Assembly (NCBI GenBank): GCA_016937215.1
Contig: JAFGWI010000009.1
Coordinates: 1,703-65,702 of the forward strand
Source of the DNA: Spirochaetales bacterium
GTDB taxonomy: Bacteria > Spirochaetota > Spirochaetia > SZUA-6 > JAFGRV01
Reading direction: 5' to 3'
DNA length: 64,000 nucleotides
Part shown: in pieces, positions 40,465 through 50,886 of the stretch
Layout of the letters: the number at the start of each line of letters is the position of its first letter
Position numbering within the stretch: position 1 is the stretch's first letter
Program-made: the position numbers and the translations under genes
The notes under the pieces: generated by a model
Seen by the model: only the letters and a program-made list of their open reading frames with translations
Databases searched by the model: none
Told to the model about the DNA's origin: nothing

Positions 40465-41667
40465 CTAAGCGTCTCCTCCGTTGGCGATTTTTTTGTCTCT
40501 TAAAACAGTGGGAACAAAAAGATCAGCTTCCGAATAATTTCGGCCCATTAAAAAATCATGGGATGACTTTTTCTCACTCTGACCCTTACTCAGTTTGATC
40601 CATTCATCATAAGAGATGATATCATTCTGGTCCTGCTTTTTTTCCTCAACTTCTTTAGGCTGAATGGTCTCGTTTTCCTGATTAAAACCCGTCGCAATCA
40701 CAATAACCTTGATTCTATCCTCCATGGTTTCATCAAAATTATTACCCGATATAATCAAGGCATCATTATCAGCATTGGCTGTGATAATTTTCAGGACTTC
40801 TTCGTATTCGGTTAAAGCAAGGTCGCTTCCGCCAGTGACATTCACAAGAATTCCCTTGGCCCCTTCAATTTTGGCATCTTCCAAAAGCGGATTATTGATG
40901 GCATTGGTAGCCGCGTCAACCGCGCGGTTATCACCGGCACCCACTCCAATACCCATAAGGGCGTCTCCCTTGCCTTTCATAATGGTTCTGACATCGGCAA
41001 AGTCGATATTAATCTCACCCGGCGTTGTGATCAGATCACTGATACCCTGAACCCCCTGTTTCAACACCTCATCAGCCATAATAAAGGCCTCTTTTATAGG
41101 TGTACGTCGTTCAACGATTTTTAACAGATATTGATTCGGAATCACAATGAGAGTATCCACTGCGGCCCGTAATTTAGATATTCCGTCATCTGCCAGCTTT
41201 TTCTTGCGCTGCCCTTCAAAATCAAAGGGTTTGGTAACAACCGCTACCGTAAGGATATCCATTTCACGCGCCAGTTGAGCAATCACAGGAGCCGCGCCAG
41301 TGCCTGTACCGCCGCCCATACCCGCGGTGATGAACACCATATCAGAGCCACGGATCAATTCCTTGAGGCTGTCCTTGTCTTCAAGAGCGGCTTTTTCACC
41401 TACTTCAGGTACACCTCCGGCGCCCAATCCCTGGGTTACCTTTTTACCGATAGGGAATTTTGTTTCAGCTTTAGATGACTCCAGTGCCTGGATATCGGTA
41501 TTCACTGAAATAAAATCCACATTTTTCAAACCCGCCGCGATCATCCGGTTCACGGCATTATTTCCGCCGCCGCCCACACCAATAACCTTGATGGCTGTCA
41601 GATTCTGAGATTTCTCCTCAAGATATTCAATATTCATACTCCCCTCCCACAAAAAGTATTGAATCAA
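40465..41667 (-). CDS. ftsZ: Cell division GTPase FtsZ.
   Basis: [13 protein letters not shown] tubulin signature. The true start is likely at MNIEYLEE. Confidence 0.95.
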   Translation of the reverse strand: MIQYFLWEGSMNIEYLEEKSQNLTAIKVIGVGGGGNNAVNRMIAAGLKNVDFISVNTDIQALESSKAETKFPIGKKVTQGLGAGGVPEVGEKAALEDKDSLKELIRGSDMVFITAGMGGGTGTGAAPVIAQLAREMDILTVAVVTKPFDFEGQRKKKLADDGISKLRAAVDTLIVIPNQYLLKIVERRTPIKEAFIMADEVLKQGVQGISDLITTPGEINIDFADVRTIMKGKGDALMGIGVGAGDNRAVDAATNAINNPLLEDAKIEGAKGILVNVTGGSDLALTEYEEVLKIITANADNDALIISGNNFDETMEDRIKVIVIATGFNQENETIQPKEVEEKKQDQNDIISYDEWIKLSKGQSEKKSSHDFLMGRNYSEADLFVPTVLRDKKIANGGDA

Positions 41668-41735
41668 TATAAAAATAAACCTTTAACCAAGAGAGTACAA
41701 AGACCTAAAACAGTCACGACCCCTTTTCAAAGGCA

Positions 41736-42974
41736 CTAGATAAATTCCTTAAACCAATCCTTCATTCTATCAAAGACATTTTTGAAAGAACCTTTTTTTT
41801 CTTTCGGTTTTTTTATCTCCCGAATTTCTGTTTGATTATCAGCATACATAACAAGTCCTACACCTGTTGAAAAGGCCGGATGGCGGTATTCTTCCACCAG
41901 GCCGCCCATTTTAACAGGATAACCAAGCCGCGTTGGCAGACCGAAAATCTCCATAGCCAATTCAATGGCGCCAGGCAAGAGGGCTCCGCCGCCAGTCAAA
42001 ACAACGCCTCCGCCAAGCATCTTCAGAAAACCCTTCTCATCAACCTTGGAACGAATAAGACCGTAGATTTCCTGCATTCGCGATTGAATGATTTCCGTTA
42101 AATCGCTTCGCATGATGCGTCTCGGCGCTCTGCCACCAACACTGGGAATCAGGACCTCTTCTTCGGGTTGAATCAATTCCTGATAACAACAGCCCGATTG
42201 AAGCTTGATTTTTTCGGCAGCCTCAATGGGGGTTTTCAGCATGATGGATAAATCATTGGTGACCTGTTCACCACCCAGAGGAAAAACCTCGGTATAATAG
42301 GGCGCGCCATTCAAAAAAACCATGACATCGGAGGTTCCGCAACCCAGGTCAATCAACAGAACACCCAGTTCCTTTTCATCATTAGAAAGCACTGCCCGCG
42401 CAGAAGCCAGGGGTTCCAGAACCAGATCGCAGGCTTTAAAACCAGAACGATTGATGCATTTGACTATATTCTGCGCCGATGAAATGGCACCGGTTATAAT
42501 ATGCACTTCAGCTTCCAAGCGGACACCCATCATTCCAATAGGATTTTTGACCCCGCCTTGATTATCCACAATAAATTCCTGGGGAATCACATGCAAAACT
42601 TCCCTGTCCATGGGAATCACGATGGTCTTAGCCGCGTCAATCACCCTTTCCACATCCTCGTTAGCGATTTCCCTGCCCCTTCCGGTTACAGCTACCACAC
42701 CACGGGAATTAATGCCTTCAATATCACCACCGGCCAGGCCGCTATATACTTCATCCACTTCGCGCCCGCTCATTAACTCGGCCGCTTCAATCGCGGTGAT
42801 GATGGATTTCACAGTGGCTTCAATATTAATGACTACGCCCCGCCTTAATCCTCGGGAAGGCGCGGTTCCGACACCGGTGATTTCAAGCATACCATTATGG
42901 TTATACTCACCAATGACAGCGCAAATTTTTGAAGTGCCGATGTCCAGACCAACAATGACTTCTTGTGCACTCAC
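41736..42974 (-). CDS. ftsA: Cell division protein FtsA.
   Basis: Actin-like ATPase fold motifs (VGLDIGTSKI). Confidence 0.95.
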   Translation of the reverse strand: MSAQEVIVGLDIGTSKICAVIGEYNHNGMLEITGVGTAPSRGLRRGVVINIEATVKSIITAIEAAELMSGREVDEVYSGLAGGDIEGINSRGVVAVTGRGREIANEDVERVIDAAKTIVIPMDREVLHVIPQEFIVDNQGGVKNPIGMMGVRLEAEVHIITGAISSAQNIVKCINRSGFKACDLVLEPLASARAVLSNDEKELGVLLIDLGCGTSDVMVFLNGAPYYTEVFPLGGEQVTNDLSIMLKTPIEAAEKIKLQSGCCYQELIQPEEEVLIPSVGGRAPRRIMRSDLTEIIQSRMQEIYGLIRSKVDEKGFLKMLGGGVVLTGGGALLPGAIELAMEIFGLPTRLGYPVKMGGLVEEYRHPAFSTGVGLVMYADNQTEIREIKKPKEKKGSFKNVFDRMKDWFKEFI

Positions 42975-43843
42975 TCTCCCTCTCCTCCCTTAGATCGGTA
43001 GACCACTTCTTTGGTCCTGAAATCAATTTCATGCTCAGGGCTATCCATACCTTTTTGCGATAGAACATCAAGCATCATCAATGCGTATTTGATATCACCG
43101 GAGTTGATCCGGTCTCCCAATCGAAGACGAGTCCGATAGGGAATCAAATACACAGCCAATTCGAAATCCCTTTGGCTAACCGGGATAAGCTCAACCTCGG
43201 ATAATACATCAAAAAGCGGAGAATTCGCTTCGCGTAAACGCTGAAGATCCGCAACCAAATTCACAAGATTATCAGGTAAATATTTGCCGATTCTGACTTC
43301 CTGGGTCTTTAAGCCTGATATAACAGGCATATCCCAGGACAATTCACCTTGGGCGATTTTAAAAACCATCCCTTTTTCATCAAACAAAAGGGGTATATGC
43401 CTCTTATCCTGTTTAAAAAGGTAACACCCTAAGGGCTTTCGCTCCCACAATTTGATTTTCAAGGTACTTGGAAAATGCTTTTCCACCCTTGCCAAAGCCA
43501 CAGGTGGATATTTTTCCAGATTATCACAAATCTCCTGAGCATTTAATGCAAAATAATACTCGCTTTTTGTTAATCCTGCAAGATCTAAGACTTCATCTTT
43601 GGAAAGATTTAATTCGCTTTCAATAAAGATATTCTCTATTCTGATATTAGGGGCCACTAAAAATTGAAATACCACTTCAACAATAATAACAATAATCAAA
43701 ATGATAATAATTGTCCAAAGGATTTTATTCAAGCGCTTATTATCAGCAACTTTCTTTTTATCCTGACCAAAGGATTTAAAAAGATAGACCTCAGACATAG
43801 AAACGCCCCTCTTCAAGGGGAAGGCGCCTTGAAATATTAACAA
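42971..43843 (-). CDS. ftsQ: Cell division protein FtsQ/DivIB.
   Basis: Single TM plus POTRA-like domain. Position between ftsW and ftsA. Confidence 0.7.
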   Translation of the reverse strand: MLIFQGAFPLKRGVSMSEVYLFKSFGQDKKKVADNKRLNKILWTIIIILIIVIIVEVVFQFLVAPNIRIENIFIESELNLSKDEVLDLAGLTKSEYYFALNAQEICDNLEKYPPVALARVEKHFPSTLKIKLWERKPLGCYLFKQDKRHIPLLFDEKGMVFKIAQGELSWDMPVISGLKTQEVRIGKYLPDNLVNLVADLQRLREANSPLFDVLSEVELIPVSQRDFELAVYLIPYRTRLRLGDRINSGDIKYALMMLDVLSQKGMDSPEHEIDFRTKEVVYRSKGGEGE

Positions 43844-44915
43844 GAATCCCCAGCATGATGAGATTAATCAGCAGACTGGAACCTCCCAAAGAGAAAAAAG
43901 GCAAAGGTATTCCTGTTGCCGGAATCAGACCAATCACAACGGTAATATTCAGTAAAGCCTGCAGCACAATGGAGGAAGTAATGCCAAAGGCAAGGTAATA
44001 TTCAAAACGGTCTTCACACCGAAAGACGATTCGATACCCCCGATAGGCAAGCAATACAAAAGCAGTCAGAATAATCAAGAGGCCCAAAAACCCCATTTCT
44101 TCACCAATCACGGCAAAAATAAAATCCGAATCAGCCTCAGGTAATGGCCCCAGTTTTTTTGTTCCCAGTCCAAGCCCCTGGCCCAGAAAACCACCCTGAA
44201 TCAAAGCCATATTGGCCTGGGACACCTGATAACCTGAACCCGAAGGATCATCCATCAATTTCAAAAAAACCATGATCTTCTCAATCCAATAACGCCTGGT
44301 AAAGAGCAAAAACACACTCAATGGAATCATGATTCCGCCCAGAAGAAAAAAATAAACCAATTTCACATTGGCGATAAAAAAAATTGAAAGGGCGATCAGG
44401 AAAATAATAAAGGCGGTTGAAAAATCGTTTTGAAAATAAACAATCACAATATAGATTAAGACAATCAATAATGGCGGAAGTAAAGAATTAAAGGCATCAT
44501 TAAGCCGTTTTTCTTTTCGAGCCAGAATATACGAAAGATAAACAATCATGGATAGTTTTATATACTCCGAGGGCTGGAAGGTCTGTCCAAAAAGAAAAAT
44601 CCAGCGGCGGGCACCGGACAACTCCCTGCCAAAAACAGGAAAAAAGGGCAGAACAGCCAAAATAAGGGAACTAAAAAGAATCAGGGGAACAGCGCGCTTA
44701 AGAAGCTCCAGAGGGATATGAGAGATAATATAAGCCGCAACACAACCAAACAAAAGCCAGATCAATTGACGCCTGAAAAAATAAGCCCCATCTTTTCCCA
44801 ATTTTTCAGCATGATAAGAGGACGCGGAAAAGAGCATGGCCAAACCAACACCTAACAAAAGAGTCAGAATGATGACTAAAACAAAATCACCGCTTTTTCC
44901 TTTAATCCTTTCCAT
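43791..44915 (-). CDS. ftsW: Lipid II flippase/peptidoglycan polymerase FtsW (SEDS family).
   Basis: 10-TM SEDS protein. Confidence 0.9.
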   Translation of the reverse strand: MERIKGKSGDFVLVIILTLLLGVGLAMLFSASSYHAEKLGKDGAYFFRRQLIWLLFGCVAAYIISHIPLELLKRAVPLILFSSLILAVLPFFPVFGRELSGARRWIFLFGQTFQPSEYIKLSMIVYLSYILARKEKRLNDAFNSLLPPLLIVLIYIVIVYFQNDFSTAFIIFLIALSIFFIANVKLVYFFLLGGIMIPLSVFLLFTRRYWIEKIMVFLKLMDDPSGSGYQVSQANMALIQGGFLGQGLGLGTKKLGPLPEADSDFIFAVIGEEMGFLGLLIILTAFVLLAYRGYRIVFRCEDRFEYYLAFGITSSIVLQALLNITVVIGLIPATGIPLPFFSLGGSSLLINLIMLGILVNISRRLPLEEGRFYV

Positions 44916-44942
44916 GTTTTTCCTTATTACCCTCTAGCCCCA

Positions 44943-46022
44943 TTATTGAATCTTCAAAGTGGATAAACCTAAAAGAGCAAAAAGCCCGCCCAAAAGCCAA
45001 AATCGAATAACTACCTTGCTCTCTTTCCATCCGCTTAATTCAAAATGATGATGCAAAGGCGCCATTTTAAAAACCCTTTTTCCGGTTAATTTGAATGATA
45101 GCACTTGAATAATCACCGACAATATTTCCATGGCAAAAACACCACCGATTATAATCAGCAAAATCTCTTTCTTGATAATCAGGGCAATCACTCCAATAAC
45201 CCCGCCAAGCGAAAGGCTTCCTGTATCACCCATCCAAACCTCGGCAGGGTGGGTATTGAACCACAAAAAGCCCACAGCAGCACCGGTTAAGGCAGCGCAC
45301 ATAATGGTAATCTCACCGGTTCCAGTGATAAAGGGAATCTGAAAATACTCTGTCCAGTCAACACGACCGGTCAAATAACTGAGAATCGTGAAAGATATTC
45401 CCACAAGAATAATCAGACCCGAGGCTAAACCGTCAAGGCCATCGGTAAAATTGACAGCGTTTGAATAGGACATAAGCAAAATCACAGCAAAGGGAATATA
45501 AAAAATGCCCAAATCCACAACAGGGCCTTTTATAAAAGGCAAATAAAGCATTGTTGTGAATTCGTTTTTGTTAAAATACAGTATCAGAACAATAATGAGA
45601 GAAAATGTAAATTGACCAATAAGTTTGAAAACAGCCTGCATACCATCGGAATTCTTTCGGGAAATCTTGATGTAATCATCAAGAAAGCCGATCATCCCGA
45701 ATCCAATAACTCCAATCAGCAGTAACCAGGTATAAAAAGTATCCCAATCCTGCCAGAGCAATACAGAAATCACAATACTGGTAATAATCAGTATGCCTCC
45801 CATGGTTGGCACACCGGTTTTGGTCAAATGGGATTTAGGCCCTTCAAGCCGTATTACCTGCCGAGCCTTCAATGCATGGAGTTTTTTTATAAGCCAGGGG
45901 CCGAAAAGAAAGGAGATCAACAATGCCGTAATCGCCGCGTAGGCTGCCCTGAAAGTGATGTACCGAAAGATATTGAACCCGGAAAAATAATCAACTAATG
46001 GGTACAGGAATTTGTAGAACAC
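44943..46022 (-). CDS. mraY: Phospho-N-acetylmuramoyl-pentapeptide transferase MraY.
   Basis: Conserved MraY motifs. 359 aa. Confidence 0.95.
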   Translation of the reverse strand: MFYKFLYPLVDYFSGFNIFRYITFRAAYAAITALLISFLFGPWLIKKLHALKARQVIRLEGPKSHLTKTGVPTMGGILIITSIVISVLLWQDWDTFYTWLLLIGVIGFGMIGFLDDYIKISRKNSDGMQAVFKLIGQFTFSLIIVLILYFNKNEFTTMLYLPFIKGPVVDLGIFYIPFAVILLMSYSNAVNFTDGLDGLASGLIILVGISFTILSYLTGRVDWTEYFQIPFITGTGEITIMCAALTGAAVGFLWFNTHPAEVWMGDTGSLSLGGVIGVIALIIKKEILLIIIGGVFAMEILSVIIQVLSFKLTGKRVFKMAPLHHHFELSGWKESKVVIRFWLLGGLFALLGLSTLKIQ

Positions 46023-47452
46023 AGAGGCCCCCTTGATTCATAAAGCTTCAAGGCAGGAACAAGTCGTTCTAATGCAACACCGCGGGAACCCTTAAGAAGG
46101 ACAAAATCTCCCGGCTCTAAAATTGCCAGAATTTGCTTTTCAAGGTCCTGATAGTCATGGGTAAAATAAATATGCGCATCCGGTGCCAAAGCCATAAAAG
46201 AGCGAAAAGCGCTCTCCATCTCCTTACCGAATAAAAAAAGCCTGTCATGGCTTGTACCAGCCAATTCTTCACCCAGCTCCTGATGAATCAGGTGACTTTT
46301 TTCACCCAACTCAAACATGCTGCCCAAAACCAGGATCTTCTGTCCATCCCAGACCAGCGATGACACAAAGGACAATACTTTTTTTACCGAATCGAGATTG
46401 GCATTATAACAATCCACCAGAAGAGTTATTTTACCTCTTTCAATCTGCGACCGCCCGAATAGGGGCTTAAACTGTTCCAAACCTTTTTTAATATTTTCCT
46501 TTTTATACCCCAAATCCATGGCCAATGTAAGGCCTGCCAGGGCATTATTGAGATTATATCGTCCTAAAAGGGGAAACAGAACCTGGAGATCCTCCCAGTC
46601 AACAGCATAGCCGTCTAGCCCCAGGTCCTTTACCTGTGTCACCCCTCTGGATGTTTTCTGTCCAAAAAAAACAATTTCTCCTTGAACATTTTCAGATAAA
46701 AATGATAAATAAGGCTCATCTTCGCAAATATAAGCCCTTTGCCTGCCCTTAAAATGCTTAAAAATCTTTTTTTTCTCAGCCGCGATATTATCCTGAGTCC
46801 CCATAAATCCGATATGGGCTGTGCCAATATTGGTAATAACAGCCAAATCCGGTTTTAAAGTATCTGCCAGCAAATCCATTTCACCGGGATGATTCATCCC
46901 CATCTCGAACACAGCATATCGATGCTCTTCCCTTATCAAAAAAATGGATAAAGGTAAACCAATCTCTGAATTATAATTGCCCGGCGTCATCACTGTCGGC
47001 GCTTCGGTAGATAAAATCGAAGCGATGATTTCCTTGGTTGTGGTTTTCCCATTACTTCCGGTTATCCCGATTTTTACCAAATCAGGAAATTTCGCGAGGT
47101 AATAACGGGCGCAATCGTGGAGCGCCATCAAAACATCATCAACTACCACAATTGAACAGCGGTAATTTTCGCCCAAACGGAGAAGCTCGGCTTCATGGTC
47201 CTGAGCATAAAGCATACTCACCAATCCAAGCACCGCGCCCTTTTGAAAGGCTGATTCCAGAAATCGGTGGCCATCGGTATTTTCACCGGGAAGAGCCAAA
47301 AAACAGCAACCCTCTTTACACTTCCTAGAATCATATTCAAAACCAAGGATTTCATTTGAACCAAATTCACAAAGCACCCTCCCCCGGGCTGCTTTGTGAA
47401 TTTCTTCAAGAGTCAATAGAACTGTCTTATCAGCCTGTTTTTCCTGGTTCAA
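45995..47452 (-). CDS. murF: UDP-MurNAc-tripeptide--D-Ala-D-Ala ligase MurF.
   Basis: GITGSNGKTTT P-loop and VITNIGTAHIGFMG motif (MurF-type rather than MurE-type). Confidence 0.85.
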   Translation of the reverse strand: MNQEKQADKTVLLTLEEIHKAARGRVLCEFGSNEILGFEYDSRKCKEGCCFLALPGENTDGHRFLESAFQKGAVLGLVSMLYAQDHEAELLRLGENYRCSIVVVDDVLMALHDCARYYLAKFPDLVKIGITGSNGKTTTKEIIASILSTEAPTVMTPGNYNSEIGLPLSIFLIREEHRYAVFEMGMNHPGEMDLLADTLKPDLAVITNIGTAHIGFMGTQDNIAAEKKKIFKHFKGRQRAYICEDEPYLSFLSENVQGEIVFFGQKTSRGVTQVKDLGLDGYAVDWEDLQVLFPLLGRYNLNNALAGLTLAMDLGYKKENIKKGLEQFKPLFGRSQIERGKITLLVDCYNANLDSVKKVLSFVSSLVWDGQKILVLGSMFELGEKSHLIHQELGEELAGTSHDRLFLFGKEMESAFRSFMALAPDAHIYFTHDYQDLEKQILAILEPGDFVLLKGSRGVALERLVPALKLYESRGPLCSTNSCTH

Positions 47453-47730
47453 AAACCATCACTCCTCGTAAATTCAATTTTTCTGGTCTCATGGGAATCC
47501 CTTTTTTCAAGACCCAGTTTATTTTTTGCCAAATCGTAAATCCTCTTTGGCGAACTATTCACCGCTATATCCCTAAGCACATCTTTGTTTTCTTCGAGCG
47601 CCATCACTTGCTCCTTCTGCAGAGTATCAATCTCTTTCTGAAGTTTCTTAAAGTCATAGACCCGCCAGATTTCCAAAAAAGTAAACACAGGAACCAGCAA
47701 GACAATCAAAACCAAAAGCATCTTTTTCAT
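47449..47730 (-). CDS. ftsL: FtsL-like cell division protein.
   Basis: 93 aa, N-terminal TM plus coiled-coil. Position after rsmH. Confidence 0.6.
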   Translation of the reverse strand: MKKMLLVLIVLLVPVFTFLEIWRVYDFKKLQKEIDTLQKEQVMALEENKDVLRDIAVNSSPKRIYDLAKNKLGLEKRDSHETRKIEFTRSDGF

Positions 47731-48695
47731 TTGCCCTCCAGGGGAAGTTTTTCAACCACCCTCAGCTTGGCGCTGCGGGCAGCCCTGTTTTCTGCTATTT
47801 CATCCTCACTTGCCGTTAAAGGCCTTTTGGTCAAAATTTGCAGTTCTCTTTGTCCCCTACATTGACATATCGGCATTTCCGGAGGGCAGATACACTCCCG
47901 GTTCTTTTCTTTGAAAAAATGCTTGGCGATTCTATCCTCCAGGGAATGATAAGAGATCACCGCCATACGGCCATGATCAGCTAAAACATCAAAAGCCGCC
48001 TCAATACCACTTTTCAAATTTTCCAGCTCATTATTTACCTCTATCCTGACAGCCTGAAAACAACGCGTCGCCGGATGAATACGCGACTTGGCCTTGTTTT
48101 TGATCGGCACGGCCGATGCGATAATGTCAGCCAGCTCTTTGGAAGACCCGATGGCCTTAACATTCCGACGGGCGATAATCTTTTTGGCAATGGCAAAGGC
48201 AAATCGCTCTTCGCCCAGCTCCCTGAAAACCCGCGTCAAATCCCGTAACTCATAGGAGTTTACAAGGTCATAGGCCGTAAAATCCTCTTTTGAGGAAATC
48301 CTCATATCCAGATCTTCATCACGCACAAAGGAAAACCCCTTGCCGCTTTCCTCGTAATGAAACATGGAAATGCCCAAATCAAATAGAATAAAAACCGGTC
48401 GTTCATAAGCAGTATCAAGAAAACCCTTAAAAAAATCACTGAACCAGCCATTATAAAAACTCACCCGGGAACCAAATTCTTCAAGCCGGATTTTGGCCTT
48501 TTCCATAATTCCTTCATCAGCATCAATACCCAAAAGGCGCAATGCCGGAAAAGCAGCTAAAAAAGCCGCGCTATGTCCCCCCTCGCCCAAATTGGCATCA
48601 ATCATAAAACCATTGGCCCGGGAAGCTGGAAAAAAATCGAGAATCTCTTTAATCAAAACCGGTTTATGACTGATATTCACGGCGCTTTTTACCAT
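47727..48695 (-). CDS. rsmH: 16S rRNA m4C1402 methyltransferase RsmH (MraW).
   Basis: Conserved SAM-binding motifs. Confidence 0.95.
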   Translation of the reverse strand: MVKSAVNISHKPVLIKEILDFFPASRANGFMIDANLGEGGHSAAFLAAFPALRLLGIDADEGIMEKAKIRLEEFGSRVSFYNGWFSDFFKGFLDTAYERPVFILFDLGISMFHYEESGKGFSFVRDEDLDMRISSKEDFTAYDLVNSYELRDLTRVFRELGEERFAFAIAKKIIARRNVKAIGSSKELADIIASAVPIKNKAKSRIHPATRCFQAVRIEVNNELENLKSGIEAAFDVLADHGRMAVISYHSLEDRIAKHFFKEKNRECICPPEMPICQCRGQRELQILTKRPLTASEDEIAENRAARSAKLRVVEKLPLEGK

Positions 48696-48707
48696 ACTCC
48701 CTCAAGC

Positions 48708-49139
48708 TCAGGATAAATCAAGCTCTTCCACAGCCTCCTGGAACTCATCTTCATTTTCCAGGCAATACTGCTGATATAAATCAGCATCCCAAATTTCAAT
48801 GGAACGCTCAACTCCCAAAACCACACAATCCTTTTTTAAACCCGCGTAATCCCGCAAAGTAGGCGGAACCATAATCCGGCCGGATTTATCAATTTCGATT
48901 TCCTGGGCCGGCGCGATAATGCGTCGCCGGATCAACCTGGCCCGCTTCTGAAACAATGAAGTCGCGTTCAGCAAATTCTCCGAAACACGCTTCCATTCAT
49001 CCAGGGGAAAAAGCCACAGGCATTGATCCACACCCCGGGTCAAAATCAGGAGATTTCCAATAATTTCGTTTCTCATTTTGACTGGCACCATCAATCGACC
49101 CTTGTCATCAAGAGAACACTTGAATTCCCCTGTAATCAT
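48708..49139 (-). CDS. mraZ: Transcriptional regulator MraZ.
   Basis: Duplicated MraZ/SpoVT-AbrB-like halves. 143 aa. Confidence 0.9.
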   Translation of the reverse strand: MITGEFKCSLDDKGRLMVPVKMRNEIIGNLLILTRGVDQCLWLFPLDEWKRVSENLLNATSLFQKRARLIRRRIIAPAQEIEIDKSGRIMVPPTLRDYAGLKKDCVVLGVERSIEIWDADLYQQYCLENEDEFQEAVEELDLS

Positions 49140-49351
49140 TCACAACCCGCCACTAATTTCTAAAATTTCCCACTTTTCCCCACTTTTGCTTTAATAGTAA
49201 CCTTTATAAATAAAAAGTCAATATTTTTTTTCTAATTAATAGAAGTTTTTTCACATTTAGCAAAAAGACTACTCAACAAACAACGAGTAAATGTGGTAAA
49301 AGCATGTTTTTATCGAGTCATTACATTAAATTTTACTGAATTTTTAGATCA

Positions 49352-49505
49352 GGGCGTTCCCTGCCTCCCTTTCAGTCCGGCAGGTCGGGCTTTTCAGCAC
49401 TAGGCCTGTCGGCTCCGGAAGCCTCGGCGCGAAATTATCGCGCCTCCGGGTTCAAACCAGCCAATTTTGAAAAATTGGCTGGTTTTGCTTACAATCCCTA
49501 ACGCG
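49352..49505. repeat. Palindromic repeat element copy D. A single unit beginning GGGCGTTCCCTG and ending CAATCCCTAACGCG.
   Basis: Shares the full motif set with copies A-C. Lies in the divergent region upstream of mraZ. Confidence 0.6.
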
Positions 49506-49681
49506 TCTCTCGCGGAAAAAAAGCAGACACCGCGCCCTGCGGCACTATTCTGGCCAAAGATAGCAAAAAGAAAGCTGCCAAAAGCCAAAAAGGACAGCCC
49601 TCTATTTCAACACAGGAGAAACAACTTGACTTTCTTCAAGCGAAAAGTTATTTTGAAACTCGTAAATAAAGGAGACAAGCT

Positions 49682-49969
49682 GTGTCAGTTTATCGCGTAT
49701 ACTTCAAATGGAAAAACAAGGATATTCATCTCACTGCCAAAAACCTTGATCTCACCCACCCCTATTTCGTTTCCATAATGGATCTGGTATTTCAAAAAGA
49801 ATCGGCCATCATCATCAATCCTCAGGACGATGAAATCCAGAAAGCCTTTGGCCAGACTAAAAACCTGATGCTGCCCTTTAACAGCGTAAACTATATTGAA
49901 GAGCTAAAAGAAGAAGAAACCAAAAAAGTCATGCCCTTTTCACTGATCAACGAAAAAGATTCAGAATAA
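49682..49969 (+). CDS. Hypothetical small protein (95 aa).
   Basis: GTG start preceded by AAAGGAG at 7-nt spacing. Convergent with tlyA and overlaps it by 23 nt. No family recognised. Confidence 0.4.
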   Translation: MSVYRVYFKWKNKDIHLTAKNLDLTHPYFVSIMDLVFQKESAIIINPQDDEIQKAFGQTKNLMLPFNSVNYIEELKEEETKKVMPFSLINEKDSE

Positions 49970-50729
49970 TTTCTTCGGCAACCATAAAATCCTGAACTCC
50001 TGATTTTAACAGAAAAAAATACTCCTGATTCCCCTTGGTTCCTTTTTGCGGCGATTCGATTGCTTTTACAAGTTGAAGAGCTTCATTGTTCAACAGCCTT
50101 GAGGTTTGAAGCAAAACCTCTTTTATCACTTCTTTATCAAAAATCACACCTTTAAAATTCTCATCAGGGGTTTTCCACTCAAACTGAGGCTTTATCAGAG
50201 CCAAAAGCCAGGCGCCTTCCTTACAAAGGGAAAGAATATGACCGGCTGCTCCGGAAATAGAACGAAAAGATAAATCACAAACAGCACCATCAGGACGGCT
50301 TTCAAAATCGCCATGCCGAAGATCCATAATATTCCTTCGCTCCCAAACAACAACCCTTTGGTGACAACGCAGGGAATAGGCCAACTGGTTGTAACCTACG
50401 TCCACGGCATAAACCCTGGCAGCCCCCCTTTGAAGCAGACATTGGGTAAAACCGCCGGTGGAAGCCCCCGCGTCAATAAACCTAAACCCCTGAATATCAA
50501 GCTCCAGCTCGTCTAGAACAGGAGCCAATTTTAAAGCGCCCCGTGAGAAAAAATTATTTTTCACCAGAATTTCTAGCTGAGCGGCATAATCGACAAGCTC
50601 GCCTGGTTTAATTCTTTTTTCACCATTCACATAAACCTGGCCCTGTATAATGCGCGACCTTATTTCAGCTTCAGAAAGGTGAGAATATTTTTGAATACAT
50701 AAAGTTATTAATGGAATTTTTTTAGCCAT
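49947..50729 (-). CDS. tlyA: TlyA-family rRNA 2'-O-methyltransferase (S4 domain plus FtsJ-like methyltransferase).
   Basis: FIDAGASTGGFTQCLLQRGAARVYAVDVGYNQL motif. Confidence 0.85.
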   Translation of the reverse strand: MAKKIPLITLCIQKYSHLSEAEIRSRIIQGQVYVNGEKRIKPGELVDYAAQLEILVKNNFFSRGALKLAPVLDELELDIQGFRFIDAGASTGGFTQCLLQRGAARVYAVDVGYNQLAYSLRCHQRVVVWERRNIMDLRHGDFESRPDGAVCDLSFRSISGAAGHILSLCKEGAWLLALIKPQFEWKTPDENFKGVIFDKEVIKEVLLQTSRLLNNEALQLVKAIESPQKGTKGNQEYFFLLKSGVQDFMVAEEIILNLFR

Positions 50730-50886
50730 TGTTAAAAGACAAAAATCAAAGAAAAACCTGTTGATTACCCGAATTTCAAAAACACTGCCTGAAAATCCAG
50801 ATGATTTTCAGGCCAGGCTTTTATCTACCCAGCTGTTTTAAGCCAAACTAATAAGCAACTATCAAAAAAAACAGCAAAGTACTTCG

